Shown: positions 14,603-27,415, counted from the stretch's first letter. The stretch is 64,000 bases of DNA from Octopus vulgaris (GCA_951406725.2 OX597818.1:45322001-45386000), one strand, 5' to 3'. The notes: a model not told the origin generated them from the sequence alone. Numbers and translations are program-made.

Positions 14603-15600
14603 AGGCGGCGAGCTGGCAGAAACGTTAGCACGCCGGGCGAAATGCGTAGCCGTATTTCGTCTGTCGTTACGTTCTGAGTTCAAATTCCACCAAGGTCAAC
14701 TTTGCCGTTCATCCTTTCGGGGTCGATTAAATAAGTATCAGTTACGCACTGGGGTCGATATAATCGACTTAATCCGCGTGTCCGTCCTTGTTTGTCCCCT
14801 CTGTGTTTAGCTCCTTGTGGGTAGTAAACAAATAGGTATTTCGTCTGCTGTTACGTTCTGAGTTCAAATTCCACCGAGGTCCACTTTGCCTTTCATCCTT
14901 TCGCGGTCGATAAATTAAGTTCCAGTTACGCACTGGGGTCGATGTAATCGACTTAATCCCTTTGTCGATCCTTGTTTGTCCCCTCTTTGTTTAGCCCCTT
15001 GTGGGTACGAAAAAAATAAGAAACGTTAGCACGCCGGGCGAAATGCTGAGCGGTATTTCGTATGCGTTACGTTGTGAGTTCAAATTCCGCCGAGGTCGAC
15101 TTTGCCTTTCATCCTTTCGGGGTCGATAAATTAAGTACCAGTTACGCACTGGGGTCGATGTAATCGACTTAATACCTATGTCTGTCCTTGTTTGTCCCCT
15201 CTGTGTTTAGCCCTTGTGGGTAATAAAGAAATAGGTATTTCGTATGCCGTTACGTTCTTTGTTCAAAAAACGCTGAGGTTGACTTTGTGTTTCATCCTTT
15301 CGATAAATTAAGTACCAGTTGAGTACAGAGGTCGCTCTAATCAACTGGTCCCCTCCTCCGAATTTGCTGACCTAGTGCCAAAATCTTAAATGATATATAT
15401 TCCTGTTCAAAGGTGGTGAGCCGAGAAAAATACATAGCAATGTTTTTTCCATTTTTACGTTCTGAGTTCGAATTCGGCCGAGGTCAACTTTGGTTTTCAT
15501 ATTTTCAGGGTCAATAAAATGAGCACCACCTGTACACTGGGGCTAATGTCATCAATTAGCCCTCTGCTTCGAAATTCCTGGCTTTGTATCAAAATTTGAA
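14603..15600 (+). mobile_element. Head-to-tail array of about five SINE family B units
   Basis: Units start near 14603, 14836, 15021, 15235 and 15410. Confidence 0.85.
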
Positions 15601-15679
15601 AAACTACATGTAAACGGTTCGTTTGGGTGGAAGGAGAGAAATGTATACCTACACACACACACATATGTGCGTGTATGTC

Positions 15680-15719
<40 letters not shown>

Positions 15720-15760
15720 TGTGTGTGTGTGCGTGCGTGTGTGTGCGTGCGTGCGTGTGT

Positions 15761-16578
15761 CATTGCTTAGTATTATTTCAAGATTTCTTGCTCAATAGAG
15801 AAAGAACCGGTTTCTAACTCATTGGAATTTCAACATCAACAACATAGTATTTTTGAATGCATGTATGTATTTATGTATGTATGTATGTATGTATGTATGT
15901 ATGTATGTATGTATGTATGTATGTATGTATGTATGTGCAGATTTGTATGCTTTATGTATGTATTCTCATACATATAATAGTTGCATATCTAGACATGCTC
16001 ATCTCTTATATAAAATCTGTTCCGTCTGTCTGTGTGTGTGTGGCTTCTAGGATCTCAGGCATCCTCCATCCGATTGCGCTCAAATTTGATATGTAGATAA
16101 CTACGGTATCAGGGCGTGTATAAGTCTTGAAAAAATTAGAAAAATCGATTCCAAGCGAGAATGCGATCGACAAAGCCGTGGGAAATCGTTTTTCTTTGGA
16201 ATAGAAAAAAGTCTATCTTTATTTTTTTCTTTTGCTGGTATCTCAAATTTAGGTTAAATCAGTGTTTCTCAAAGGGGAGGCCTATGGGACGGTCGGACAA
16301 ATTGTTTTGAGAAAATTTGGTTTAAATGTTTGACAACTCAGCACCGTCCGTTGGACGGGGGGTGTTTTGCTCGTATACATTTAAATGATAAAGTTCTGGA
16401 AAGTTTTACAGATTTTTACAGTTCCAGTGATGGACTGGATCTGTAGTCTTCGAATTAGCTTTCTCCTTTCTGGTCCTGAGAAGCCCAATTTCTCAAGATT
16501 GGTATTTCGGCAGTGTATCACATATGCCAGGGCCCCGATAATTACAGGTATAAACCTGAACTTGTAATCTTGATAGCG
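15761..16578 (-). mobile_element. 5'-truncated R4-clade-like non-LTR element (RLE C-terminus + 3' UTR) between (CATA)n and (CA)n-type repeats
   Basis: 16381-16578 encodes RYQDYKFRFIPVIIGAL...IQSITGTVKICKTF, homologous to VPVIVGALG...IQKIVLTSTAHILRK of the 17181 ORF; the UTR is split by a Helitron. Confidence 0.7.
16002..16373 (+). mobile_element. Non-autonomous Helitron (second family)
   Basis: A|TCTCTTATATAAAA start, hairpin ccgtccgttggacgg, end CTCG|T (variant of CTRR), no TSD. Confidence 0.65.
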
Positions 16579-16683
16579 TATGTATTTATGTATGTATATA
16601 TGCATGCATGCATGATGTATGTATGTATGTATGCATGCATGCATGTATGTATGTATGTATGTATGTATGTATGTATGTGTGTG

Positions 16684-16717
<34 letters not shown>

Positions 16718-17119
16718 TGTATGTATGTATGTATGTATGTATCATTAAATATCAAAGTGTAATATGGTCTGGTAACTGATACGTTGCTGTGATAAATATT
16801 TATAGTCTGTTAAGTTCTTTTGTTCGGTTGGCATCTTTCTTCTGTTCCCTTTTTACTTATCTATGCTCATTCTCCCCCACCCTCTCTGTTTTCTCAGTTT
16901 CTTCCACCCATAAATCCTTTCTTCAACAGTATTGTAGGAAGTGGCTATAAAAAGTTATCAGTAAATGCCTTTTATCAGATGCATAGAAGTAAGGTATCTA
17001 AGATCATATCGTAGACGTGTGACGAAAGAGTCTAATAGTTAATGACATATATATATATTAAAATATTAAAATATAATATCACTAATAATAATAATAATAA
17101 TAATAATAACAATAATAAC

Positions 17120-17180
<61 letters not shown>

Positions 17181-17182
<2 letters not shown>

Positions 17183-18458
17183 GGAATACTATAGGAGAAT
17201 AAGGCTTGTACTGAAGACTGAACTCAACTCCAAAAATTGCATTGAGGCCATTAACACCCTGGCGCTTCCAGTAGTCCAGTACAGTTTTAACATCATTAAC
17301 TGGAACCTTACGGAACTCCAACGCTTGGACAGGAAGACAAGAAAATTACTGACATCCAAGAGCATGCACCACCCTAAGGCAGATGTAGACCGCCTGTACC
17401 TACCTGGAAGCAGCGGGGGGAGAGGAATGATGCAATTAGAGCTGTGCTATAAGACCTCTACTGTAGGAATGAACAGGTACCTATCTAGTACAAAGGACTG
17501 GATGCTGCGACTTGTGTGCGAACACGAAAGCAGCAAAAAGCTGCATTCTATTGTCAAGGAAGCCTATAAGTTCGAAAGGGAACTAGACATTAACCTTGAA
17601 TCAGATGAAGAGCCGGAAACCACTGCTACCAAGCAAGCAAAGCGAATCAAGCAGACTGCAAAAAAGAACGGGCAGAATCAAATTGAGAGGCGGTGGAGCC
17701 AGAAGCCCCTGCATGGACAATATATTCTCCGAAGCCAAAATGCTGATGTAGACCAAGCAACAACCAATCAGTGGCTGAAGAGTTCTGGATTGAAAGCAGA
17801 GACTGAAGGCTTCATAATGGCAACACAAGATCAAAGCTTGTTTGCCAGAAATTACCAGGCTAACGTTCTCCGAAACGGTACTGACCCTAAATGCAGATTC
17901 TGCGACACATTTGACGAAACGATAGACCATCTCGTTTCGGTATGTCCTGTGCTGACACCAAACGAATACAAAAATCGCCACGATAGGGTAGGACAGTATA
18001 TACATTGGAAGATATGTAAATACTACAAATTCGACACTCCTGCTAACTGGTATGAACACCATCCTCAGCCAGTTGTTGAAGGTAAGGATGTCACCATCCT
18101 CTGGGATTTTCCAGTCAACACTGACAGAACGATCAAGGCTAATCGACCAGACATAATTGTTAAAGACAGGGAAGAAAATACCTGCAGACTAATAGAGGTA
18201 AGCGTCCCCACTGATAAAAATGTATCTGTAAAGGAATTTGACAAACTTAGTAAATATAAGGACCTGGAAATCGAAATACGAAAGATGTGGAATCTTAAAA
18301 CAAAAACTGTTCCTGTTATTGTAGGTGCCCTAGGTATGATAAAAAAGGGATGTCAGAAACACCTAGACAATATCCCTGGAGAACCATGTCTCAAGGAAAT
18401 CCAAAAGATTGTGCTAACAAGTACTGCCCACATCCTTAGAAAAACCCTATCAATGTAA
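17181..18458 (+). CDS. C-terminal part of an R4/Dong-clade ORF: post-RT thumb, CCHC knuckle, restriction-like endonuclease; RT core absent
   Basis: Frame open from 17181 (KEYYRRIRLVLKTELNSKN...), then RLYLPGSSGGRG, CRFC..ETIDHLVSVC, RHD, RPDII..LIEVSVP..KLSKY, VPVIVGALG; no stops. Confidence 0.92.
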
Positions 18459-18612
18459 ATGTTTGTGTTTGTATTACATGAAGATATTTCTCTACTTCCC
18501 CTCCCCAAGCTTTCAGCTATATTTCAACAACTCTTAACCTTCACTTGCCCTAGGGCGCTGGGTGTGCCCCGGCAAGTGATTGCATCAAACATGCAGATCA
18601 AAAGTAAATGAC
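17181..18612 (+). mobile_element. 5'-truncated Dong/R4 element inserted in (TAA)n
   Basis: (TAA)n at 17083-17180 and 18613-18627; 3' UTR hairpin tcacttgcc...ggcaagtga. Confidence 0.88.
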
Positions 18613-18627
18613 AATAATAATAATAAT

Positions 18628-19228
18628 ACTTTCTACTATAAGCACAAATTTGTGGGGAAGGGACTAGTCGATGACATCGACCCCAGTACTTGACTTGTAC
18701 TTATTTTTTATCGATCCCAAAGGGACGAAAGACTAAGTCGACCTGGGCAGAATTTGAACTCAAAAAGTAAAGACATACGAAATACCGCTAAGTATTTTTC
18801 CCGGCATGCTAACGATTCTGTCAGCTCACCGCCTTAATAATAATCCTTTCTACTATAGGCATAAGGCCTGAAGTTTGGGGAAGGGGGCAGTCAATTACGT
18901 CGACCTCAGTACACGACTGGTACTTATTTTATCGATCCCGAAAGGATGAAAGGCAAAGTCTACCTCGGTGGAATTTGAACTCAGAGCGTAGCGGCAGACG
19001 AAATACCTATTTCTTTACTACCCACAAGGGGCTAAACACAGAGTGGACAAACAAACGGATTAAGTCGATTACATCGACCCCAGTGTGTAACTGGTACTTA
19101 ATTTATCGACCCCGAAAGGATGAAAGGAAAAGTCGACCTCTGTGGAATTTGAACTCAGAACGTAACGGCAGACGAAATACCGCTAAGCATTTCGCCCTGC
19201 GTGCTAACGATTCTGCCAGCACGCCGTC
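18628..19228 (-). mobile_element. Three SINE family B units
   Basis: Reverse-complement Meta-like domain three times; tail/head junction at 19006-19007. Confidence 0.8.
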
Positions 19229-19609
19229 TTGTCTTCAATAATAATAATGGTAATAATTATAATAATAATTCCAACATTCGATGAAAGATCAATTATCTTG
19301 TCAAACAAATACAATTAAAACTAGTTCATGCACATATGCTCACACACGCACACACGCACAGACACAAACATACAAGCACACAGGCACACGCACACACACA
19401 ATCGCACAACCCCTATTTTCACGCGTATATGTTTTACTTTGTATTGGTTTCACTCATTAGACTGCAGCTATGCTGGGCATCGTCCTGAAGAATTTTAATC
19501 GATCGAATCGACACCAGTACTTATTCTTTTAAAGCTTGGTACTTATTCTATCGGTTTATTTTGCCGAACCGCTACATACCAACACGAGTGACAAGCTGTG
19601 GTGATGGAT

Positions 19610-19648
<39 letters not shown>

Positions 19649-20175
19649 TACACATACATACACACACACGCACTCACACGCACACACACATACACAACAA
19701 ACTTAACACACACATATACACAGATATAATGGTAAGAAACTCTCAAGAGAGCTGAACAACTGAAGGTCTTTAAAGAAGAAGCCCTTTCTCAGGGATGTGT
19801 TTCCACCCCTAATTTCTTATACTCTTAGAGGGGCCAGACATACCCAGATCATGAATCTTGAGTGCTCTTCTGCTGACGCTCTTTAGCCACTTGGATATCA
19901 GAGACTTGTGCGTGAAAACAGCTTGGAGGGCGATCGTTTATGTCCTTCCTCGACCAGATCCAGATGAAGCACATCTCCTTCGTCTCTCATATATCCTTTA
20001 TGTCTTTGGTCCTGTTCTTCTCAGAGCCTGGGGTTATAGTAGAAGAACTGCCTAAGGTGCCACGTGGTGGAACTGAACCCAGAACCATGTAGCTGAAAAG
20101 CAAATTTCTTTCCACATGGCCATATCTGCCTTGAAAAAGGACCTTGAAAAAGCTTACACTAACAGGAACAATTTA

Positions 20176-20572
20176 TGTTTATATATAAAAGTCAAGTTGT
20201 GTGTCTGTCTCCTACGATTTAGATTCCTAACTACTCCCACATTTTGCGGTGCAGTTTAACCAAAACCGGGTATCTTATAGTCGTGATTCATATCGGGCCC
20301 TTCTGGGTATTAGCGTGCGTCTACGATGAGTCTACAATTTTTTTTTTAAATTACCATCATTTTTTTCCATTTTAATGCATTTTTTCGCTATTATATAAGG
20401 GAAGTAACTCTCTAAAAATGTCTACGATGAGTCAACGATTTTTTTAAAAGATTACCATTAAATTTTTTCCCATTTTTAATGCATTTTTTGCTATTTTTGG
20501 CTATAACTCTCTAAAAATGCTTATATAGTTATTTCCCTTACAAATCCGAGCAACGCCGGGCGATACTGCTAG
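20176..20572 (+). mobile_element. Non-autonomous Helitron with its empty site present in the window
   Basis: Inserted at A|T, ends gagcaacgccgggcgatactgCTAG; the other duplication arm reads aacaattta|tttataataaaa without it. Confidence 0.9.
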
Positions 20573-21356
20573 TTTATAATAAAAAGGAAGCACGCAACTA
20601 GAAAAAATATCGGAGCAACATGGCTATTTGAGCAAAGCCTCCAAAATCATTGAAGGAAGGAAATTAAATTTTAAGTTATTCGCATCTTCCTGTGGGAAAA
20701 GACAGTCGTTTCATTCGATCGGAAGCAGATTTGCCCACAAGGTCTCTGGTTCCAATTTCTATGGCGAGAGCATTCACCCGGAAGTTAGCTTCCTTCAGGT
20801 CGATATATATGTTAAATTTAGCAGCTGATTCGGACGAAAATAAAATTAGACCAGGAATACAAAGCACAATAAGAAACAAAGGAAAATCTGCAAGAAAATA
20901 TAGTTAATGAAATATTTAATGATTTTGTGACAGTTGTTGGATTGATTGTGGCTAAGACTTGTTAAAGATATAAATAATATAATTACATATACATGTGCAC
21001 CTGTGCGCCCGCGCACACGCACACACACACACACACACACATACACACACACACACTCATATAGGTCAACTGATAAATAGGTCAACTGATTCAATCTGAA
21101 GACTCCACTACAATGGACGCAAGCGCTAATATATGATTTATAAAAACATGTGACATATTAATAAATATCTGTAAATATAAAACCATCTAGATTTCTGAGT
21201 ACCTTATTTCTTCTAATATATATATATATAATTATAATAATAATATTAGGGATTATATCCAAATTTACAGGGAAAAATTAGATTTAGGATTAAATTAAAT
21301 TTCACAGTATAAATATAAATTAAATTAGGCAACTCAAAATTTCATTTATATCTCTA

Positions 21357-21404
<48 letters not shown>

Positions 21405-21629
21405 CTTAGATAACTTAGATAAATTAGATATGTTTCGACCAAAGATTGGTCCAGGCCATGTCTAACTTGATAGCACCACCTGATAGGATTATTCGAATCC
21501 TGTTTAAGTCAAGTTTTGTTTAGGTCAAGTTTTGTTCAAGTAGTGAGTTCTTGTTGGGTGAGTTGTATCCAATTATGGGTGGCTTATCTGGTATTCTTTG
21601 AAGGAATCTATCCAGACTCCGTTTAAAGT

Positions 21630-21695
<66 letters not shown>

Positions 21696-21749
21696 CATAT
21701 ATATATATATGCGAGTGGAATCAGTTGTTCATCACTTGCTGGTGATTAA

Positions 21750-21794
21750 CATACACTGAAGAAGGGTAACTACCCAGAAACTCGGGTCTGTCTG
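21750..21794 (+). ncRNA. Minimal type I hammerhead ribozyme motif in a (TA)n-flanked PLE-like element
   Basis: cataca CTGAAGA a gggta ac taccc a GAAAC tcgg GTC tgtctg. Confidence 0.7.
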
Positions 21795-21929
21795 TAAAAT
21801 ACTAATCGGACACAGACTATGTGACGTTGGCCAGTTGGAGGAGATGTCTTCCTTGGACTAAAAATAAATGTAACATCATCCTCTATAGGATAGCTGCATT
21901 TAGTGTATATGTGTATATATATAAATATG

Positions 21930-21971
<42 letters not shown>

Positions 21972-22087
21972 CATATATACATACATATATGAATGTATAT
22001 ATAAATATGTACATGTGTATAAATATATATGTGTATATATATGTATATATTTATATATAAATACCTCTAACTTATACCTGTATATAC

Positions 22088-22165
<78 letters not shown>

Positions 22166-22464
22166 TCGTGTGTGTGTGTGTGGGCGCATGCGTAAATGTA
22201 TATCCTTTCCTTTCAGTTTGTAGACTTTTGCCAAAAAGTAAGAAATAGATATTTGTATCCAGGTAATTAAGACCCACGTATTTTATGCTCCCTGGAAGTC
22301 TTTTCCCACAGGAAGATACGAATAACTTAAAATTTAATTTCCTTCCTTCAATGATTTTGTAGACTTTGCTCAAATAGCCATGTTGCTCCGATTTTTTTTC
22401 TAGTTGTGCTTCATTTTTATTATAAATAAATTGTTCCTGTTAGTGTAAGCTTCTTCAAGGTCCT

Positions 22465-23129
22465 GTAGGCGCAGGTATGGCCGGGTGGCAAGAAATTTGC
22501 TTCTCAGTTACATGGTTCTGAGTTCAGTTCCACTACATGGCACCTTAGGCTGATCTACTATAACCCCAGGCTGACAAAAACCTTTGAGTGGATTCGGAGG
22601 CCGAAACTGAAAGAAACCCGTTGTATATACATATATATATAGATTTATAATGTTTGTGTGTGTGTGTGTGTGTTTGTGTGTACGTGTATGTATTTCTTTG
22701 TGTCTGTGTTTGTTCCCCACTACTGACAACTGATGTTGTTGTGTTTACATGCCCGTAACTTAGCGGTTCGGCAAAAATGGTCTGATAGAATAAGTACCAA
22801 GATTTTAAGAATTAATTACTTTGGTCGATTTATTCGACTAAAAATTCTTCAAGGTAGTGCCCCAGCATGGCTGCAGTCTAAAGCTGCGTTCATGAATTTT
22901 ACTTACTTTGGTATGCCATGAGCCCTAGGTCCCATACGACCTGAACTTGACCCTGGCTTCTAAGTGGGCGCAGGAGTGGCTGCGTGGTAAATAGCTTGCT
23001 TACCAACCACATGGTTCCGGGTTCATTCCCACTGCATGACACCTTGGGCAAGTGTCTTTTACTATAGCCTCAGGCCGACCAAAGCCTTGTGAGTGGATTT
23101 GGATGACGGAAACCGAAATAAGACTGTCG

Positions 23130-23184
<55 letters not shown>

Positions 23185-23395
23185 TTGTGTGTCTGTGTTT
23201 GTTCCCCCAACATCGCTTGACAAATGATGGTGGTGTGTTTACGTTCCCATAACTTAGCGGTTCGGCAAGATAGACCGATAGAATAAGTACTAGACTTCCA
23301 AAGAATAAGTCCTGGGGTCGATGTGCCCGACTAAAGGCGGTGCTCCAGCATGGCCACAGTCAGATGACTGAAACAAGTAAAAGAGAAATAAAAGA
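22465..23395 (+). mobile_element. Two SINE family A copies (22465-22885, 22965-23395)
   Basis: Similarity to 3021-3451. Confidence 0.82.
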
Positions 23396-23745
23396 GAACT
23401 CACAACACTCCACCCCTGAACTGGAAACCGGTCCGTCACGGGGTTATCTCCCCGTTATAGCCGGAACCCATTTATATTTAAGTGGACTAAAGCAACATAG
23501 AATGAAGTGTTTTACTCAAGAGCATAACGTATTGCCCGGTCTGAGAATCGAAACCACGACTTTATAATCGTGAGTGCGACACCCTAACCACTGGGCCACG
23601 AACATACAGATACATTATTTCCTAAACCATTCCACAGGAACTCTAACCAGTAAGGTAGTTTCTATGCAGCTGTTGAAATCTAGTAGTAGCAAACACATTT
23701 CAACAAACTATCCCCTATCGTCTTTAAATAAGAAGGACACATCGA

Positions 23746-24191
23746 GGATCTTTTCGGTTTGAACGGCAGTTTTTTTCTAGCGGTGTCATATGAAATTGTC
23801 ACCCATAATTATGAGCTTATTATCGATCTATTGTATTTCAATCTGTTTTAGGGTTAGGGTTAGTTAGGGTTAGGGTTAGGGTTAGGGTTAGGGGTGGGGG
23901 GAAGGGTATCTTTTTTCTTCACAAATGTAAATAAACCCAATCTGTTTCTTAAACGAGGGACATATTCATACGGCACAGAATGTTTTCACCTCAATAGACG
24001 TAATTGATTGGTTGAAATTGCAGAAATTAAAGGAAAAAAACAACAAATATCTTACAAACTATAGAATTTTCTCAATAAAGCCAAGAGGAAAAGATGTTTT
24101 ATAAACACATTCTACCAGTATACGAAGTTTAAAAGTGTTTAGATACGTGGAAATTATTTTTAAAAAACTGCCGGTCAAACCGAAAAGATCC
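23746..24191. mobile_element. MITE with ~30-bp TIRs (GGATCTTTTCGGTTTGA...), 8-bp TSD and internal (TTAGGG)n; Merlin-like
   Basis: TSD cacatcga at 23738-23745 and 24192-24199; TIRs differ by one base; GG termini with an 8-bp TSD fit the Merlin superfamily. Confidence 0.85.
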
Positions 24192-24555
24192 CACATCGAC
24201 AATTGTTGTCTGATATATACAAAAGGACGCGATGATCAAGGTTGGAAGATTTTTAATCATAGGTCTACTCAATAAGTAATGACTGGGAATGGGGCTAAGA
24301 AACATATACAAGGATGACGGCGACAAAAATAAATACTAGGTAGGCCACTAGTATTGCAATTAGGTTATAGAATTGAAGTCGATAAATTGCTGTAGTTTAT
24401 TTTATTGCTAATAAAAGCAAAGATTTATTGCTTTTATATCTGAACTCAGGACACTGAGTTACCGATCTATATACTGCAAGAATACAATAGATGTGTGACC
24501 ATTTTCAATTAGCTGCGTTTGTGTGTTTTTTAAAAAAATGTGTGTTTGCGTGTGT

Positions 24556-24591
<36 letters not shown>

Positions 24592-24694
24592 ATTATGCAT
24601 GTATGTATATAGAGACATACATAGTTATTTTCTATACGTTTCAGGAGTGCCGCTGCGGTTATGCACGAGCACCGTCCCCACCCCCACATGATTT

Positions 24695-25060
24695 ACGAAC
24701 CACATGGTTTCGGGTTCAGTCCCACTACGTGGCACCTTGGGCAAGTGTCTTCTACTATAGCCTCGGGCCGACCAAAGCCTTGTGAGTGGATTTGATAGAC
24801 GGAAACTGAAAGAAGCCCATCATGTGTGTATGTGGGGACGTGTGTGTGTATGTGTGTCTGTCTCCCCCCCCCCCCACATCGCTTGACAACCGATGCTGGT
24901 GTGATTATGTTCCCGTAACTTAGCGCTTCGGCAAAAAAGACCGATAAAATAAGTATTAGGCTTACAACGAATAAGTCCTGGGGTCGATTTGCTCGACTAA
25001 TGGCGGTGCTCCAGCATGGTCGCAATCAAATCACTGAAACAAGTAAAAGAATAAAAGAAT
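24695..25060 (+). mobile_element. SINE family A
   Basis: Similarity to 3021-3451. Confidence 0.82.
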
Positions 25061-25169
25061 ATACCAAGAATACAGGAATTTTGTTTAATAAATTGCCTAT
25101 ATGCGTTTTAAAACTGAGGGACTCATCAAAATGAATGCCGAGAAATTTTGTTGATGTTACCTGCGATGA

Positions 25170-26340
25170 GGACATTGGGCAGTTTGGCCAATATATCTGA
25201 ATGTACAGAAGCGAAAGCTTTACTGATATCTAAGTGAAATGCAAGGAAATATTTAGAGATGTTTAGTGAACTGTAGGCATGATCTAGAAATTCAAGGATT
25301 GCATCAGAAGTACGTAAGTTTTCTCTAAAGCCAAATTGGTGATTTGATAGTATTTTGTTAAGACTGAGAAATGACTGCAGTCTCTTGTGCATTAACTTTT
25401 CAAGAATCTTTAAGAGAGTAGAGAGTACAGATATAGGTCTGTAGTTACTTACAAAGTTAGATTCACCTGTTTTGTAGACTGGAATGCAAGTGCCGTTTTT
25501 AGACAGTCAGGAAATGCGCCTTGTGCAATGGGTAAGTTATACCAACACTCTCTTTTACTCTTTTACTTGTTTCAGTCATTCGACTGTGGCCATGCTGGAG
25601 CACCACCTTTAGTCGAGCAAATCGACCCCAGGACTTATTCTTTGCAAGCCTAGTACTTATTCTGTCGGTTTCTTTTGCCAAACTGCTAAGTTACGCGGAC
25701 GTAAACAAACCAGCATCGGTGTGTTTACTTTATGTTTGCAGTTATTTAGAATGAGTTAAAGAATACTTTGGCAAAAGCTTGATACAATAGAACTGAACTG
25801 ATTTGTATTTTGAAGGATTTGAGACAAATAACTCTAAGCATATATTTAAAAGTGCTGGGAACTGCAGAACAAATGAAATCTAATGTCTGGAAAAGGCTTA
25901 AAATTGGTTAAGATAATCTTGGCTATCAAGTCCTTCTTCATGAAGAAATTGTTGAGGAGAATCTTTATAGTATGTCAAGAACCATATAAAACATTGAGGA
26001 AGAGGAAGTTACTCCAGCTGAGCCAAAATTGTCTGTAATGAGAAATCTAATGGACATTGCCATCTGGGACATAGGGACATCTTCTGGTTCTGAGATTGTT
26101 CTTCCTTACCATGAAAATGTTCGGTACTTCAAAGCAGTCAGGATCAGGAAACAACTAAATAAATAAGACTTCCCTTAAGCTAACTTCTCAATTCTCATTA
26201 ATATTTCACCTTTAAAGTTCCTGTACAAATATTTACAAGCTAGCAGGTAATAATAGTGTCTTCATTTCCGTACATTTCAGAAGGGTCTGAAGGTGATGGA
26301 ATCCTCTTCGATCTCACCTTCAGACACTGAATGTATACTA
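25170..26340 (-). pseudogene. LINE RT remnant (CR1/L2/Crack group), interrupted by a SINE A fragment at ~25548-25722
   Basis: SNYRPISVLSTLLKILEKL...HQFGFR...LDISKAFASV at about 25170-25450; the upstream extent is approximate. Confidence 0.8.
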
Positions 26341-26429
26341 CTTTACTATCTATATGGATATTGCAGAATGCCGTTCACTAGCCATAAAAAAAGGTAAATA
26401 AAAATTATATACCTTTTATTATAAATTAA

Positions 26430-26684
26430 TATTTTTAAAGTTGCTGTCAAAACCATCCAACGCAAGAGGGGAAATCTTAGAATCATGGAGGTCCTCTTCA
26501 TAAACAAATTGAGACCAGCCATTAACAACCGGGAGGTACTACACGAAACAGATTACTTGCTATAGTAACACCAGGCTGTGCATGTTACGTTCCTTTTTCC
26601 TCTCCCTTCCTCCTTCGTCCCCTGCACATCTACCGCTTTTCCCAAGTGTCCTGAAGAAGGGGTCATAAACCCGAAATATAGAAA
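26430..26684 (+). mobile_element. Penelope-like 3' fragment: GIY-YIG C-terminus plus pLTR with a degenerate hammerhead
   Basis: Peptide NLRIMEVLFINKLRPAINNREV; then CTGAAGA aggggtcataaaccc GAAA at 26651-26676. Confidence 0.65.
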
Positions 26685-27068
26685 TCTCTCTATATATAAA
26701 CGGCAGTTTGTCTGTGCGTTTTCTGTGTGTCTGTTTTCTCGTACCCTCACTCTGACCACGGCTTTCAACCGATTCTGATGAAACTTGACACACACATAGC
26801 CCAATGTCATAATTCAAAACTAACGCAGCGAAAATTTTGAAAAGTTCCCCCAGTTCTGAAAAAAATCGATAAATTCGACATGGGGTCGAGAATCAGAAAC
26901 CCAAACCACAGACCGTCTAGGGGACGCAACTCCACCTTTTTTAACTCTCAAAAAAAATTTACCATCATTTTTTTTCCATTTTTTTGCTATTTTTTGGCTA
27001 TAACTCTCTAAAAATGCTTTATAGTTATTTCCCTTACAAATCTGAGCAACGCCGGGCGATACTGCTAG
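26685..27068 (+). mobile_element. Non-autonomous Helitron with the 3' end of the 20176 family but a different 5' part
   Basis: A|TCTCTCTATATATAAA start; last ~120 bp match the end of 20176-20572; ends CTAG|T. Confidence 0.85.
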
Positions 27069-27183
27069 TACAAGATAAAACTGCAACTTTGTTTTGGTTT
27101 TTTTTTCTTTTGTGGTTTACTTAGTATCTCCACAAATTGTTCGAACCTAAACAACAAATCTCTTTAAAGATATAATCATTTTA

Positions 27184-27415
27184 AAGGCGGTTAGCTGGCA
27201 GAAACGTTAGCACGCCGGGCGAACTGCTTAGGGGTATTTCGTCCGCCGCTGCGTTCCTAGTTCAAATTCCGCCGAGGTCGACTTTGCCTTTCATCCTTTC
27301 GGGGTCGATATATTAAGTACCAGTTACGCACTGGGGTCGATGGAATCGACTTAATCCGTTTGTCTGTCCCTGTTTGTCCCCTCTGTGTCTAACCCCTTGT
27401 GGGTAGTAAAGAAAT
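27184..27415 (+). mobile_element. Full-length SINE family B monomer with 16-bp TSD
   Basis: TSD agatataatcatttta at 27168-27183 and 27416-27431; ends aaagaaat with no poly(A). Confidence 0.9.

Larger units (their letters stand above)
20026..22571. repeat. Local inverted duplication: arms 20026-20703 (contains a Helitron) and 22298-22571
   Basis: atcggagcaacatggctatttgagcaaag...cttcctgtgggaaaagac is the reverse complement of about 22298-22392; similarity continues through a shared SINE head. Confidence 0.88.

Noticed and set aside
21425-21460. Minus-strand stem gacca/tggtc followed by GAAAC
   Set aside because: No CUGANGA core; at most a decayed pLTR.
23848-23893. True telomere or chromosome fusion scar
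   Set aside because: The repeats lie inside a TIR/TSD-bounded element present twice in the window.
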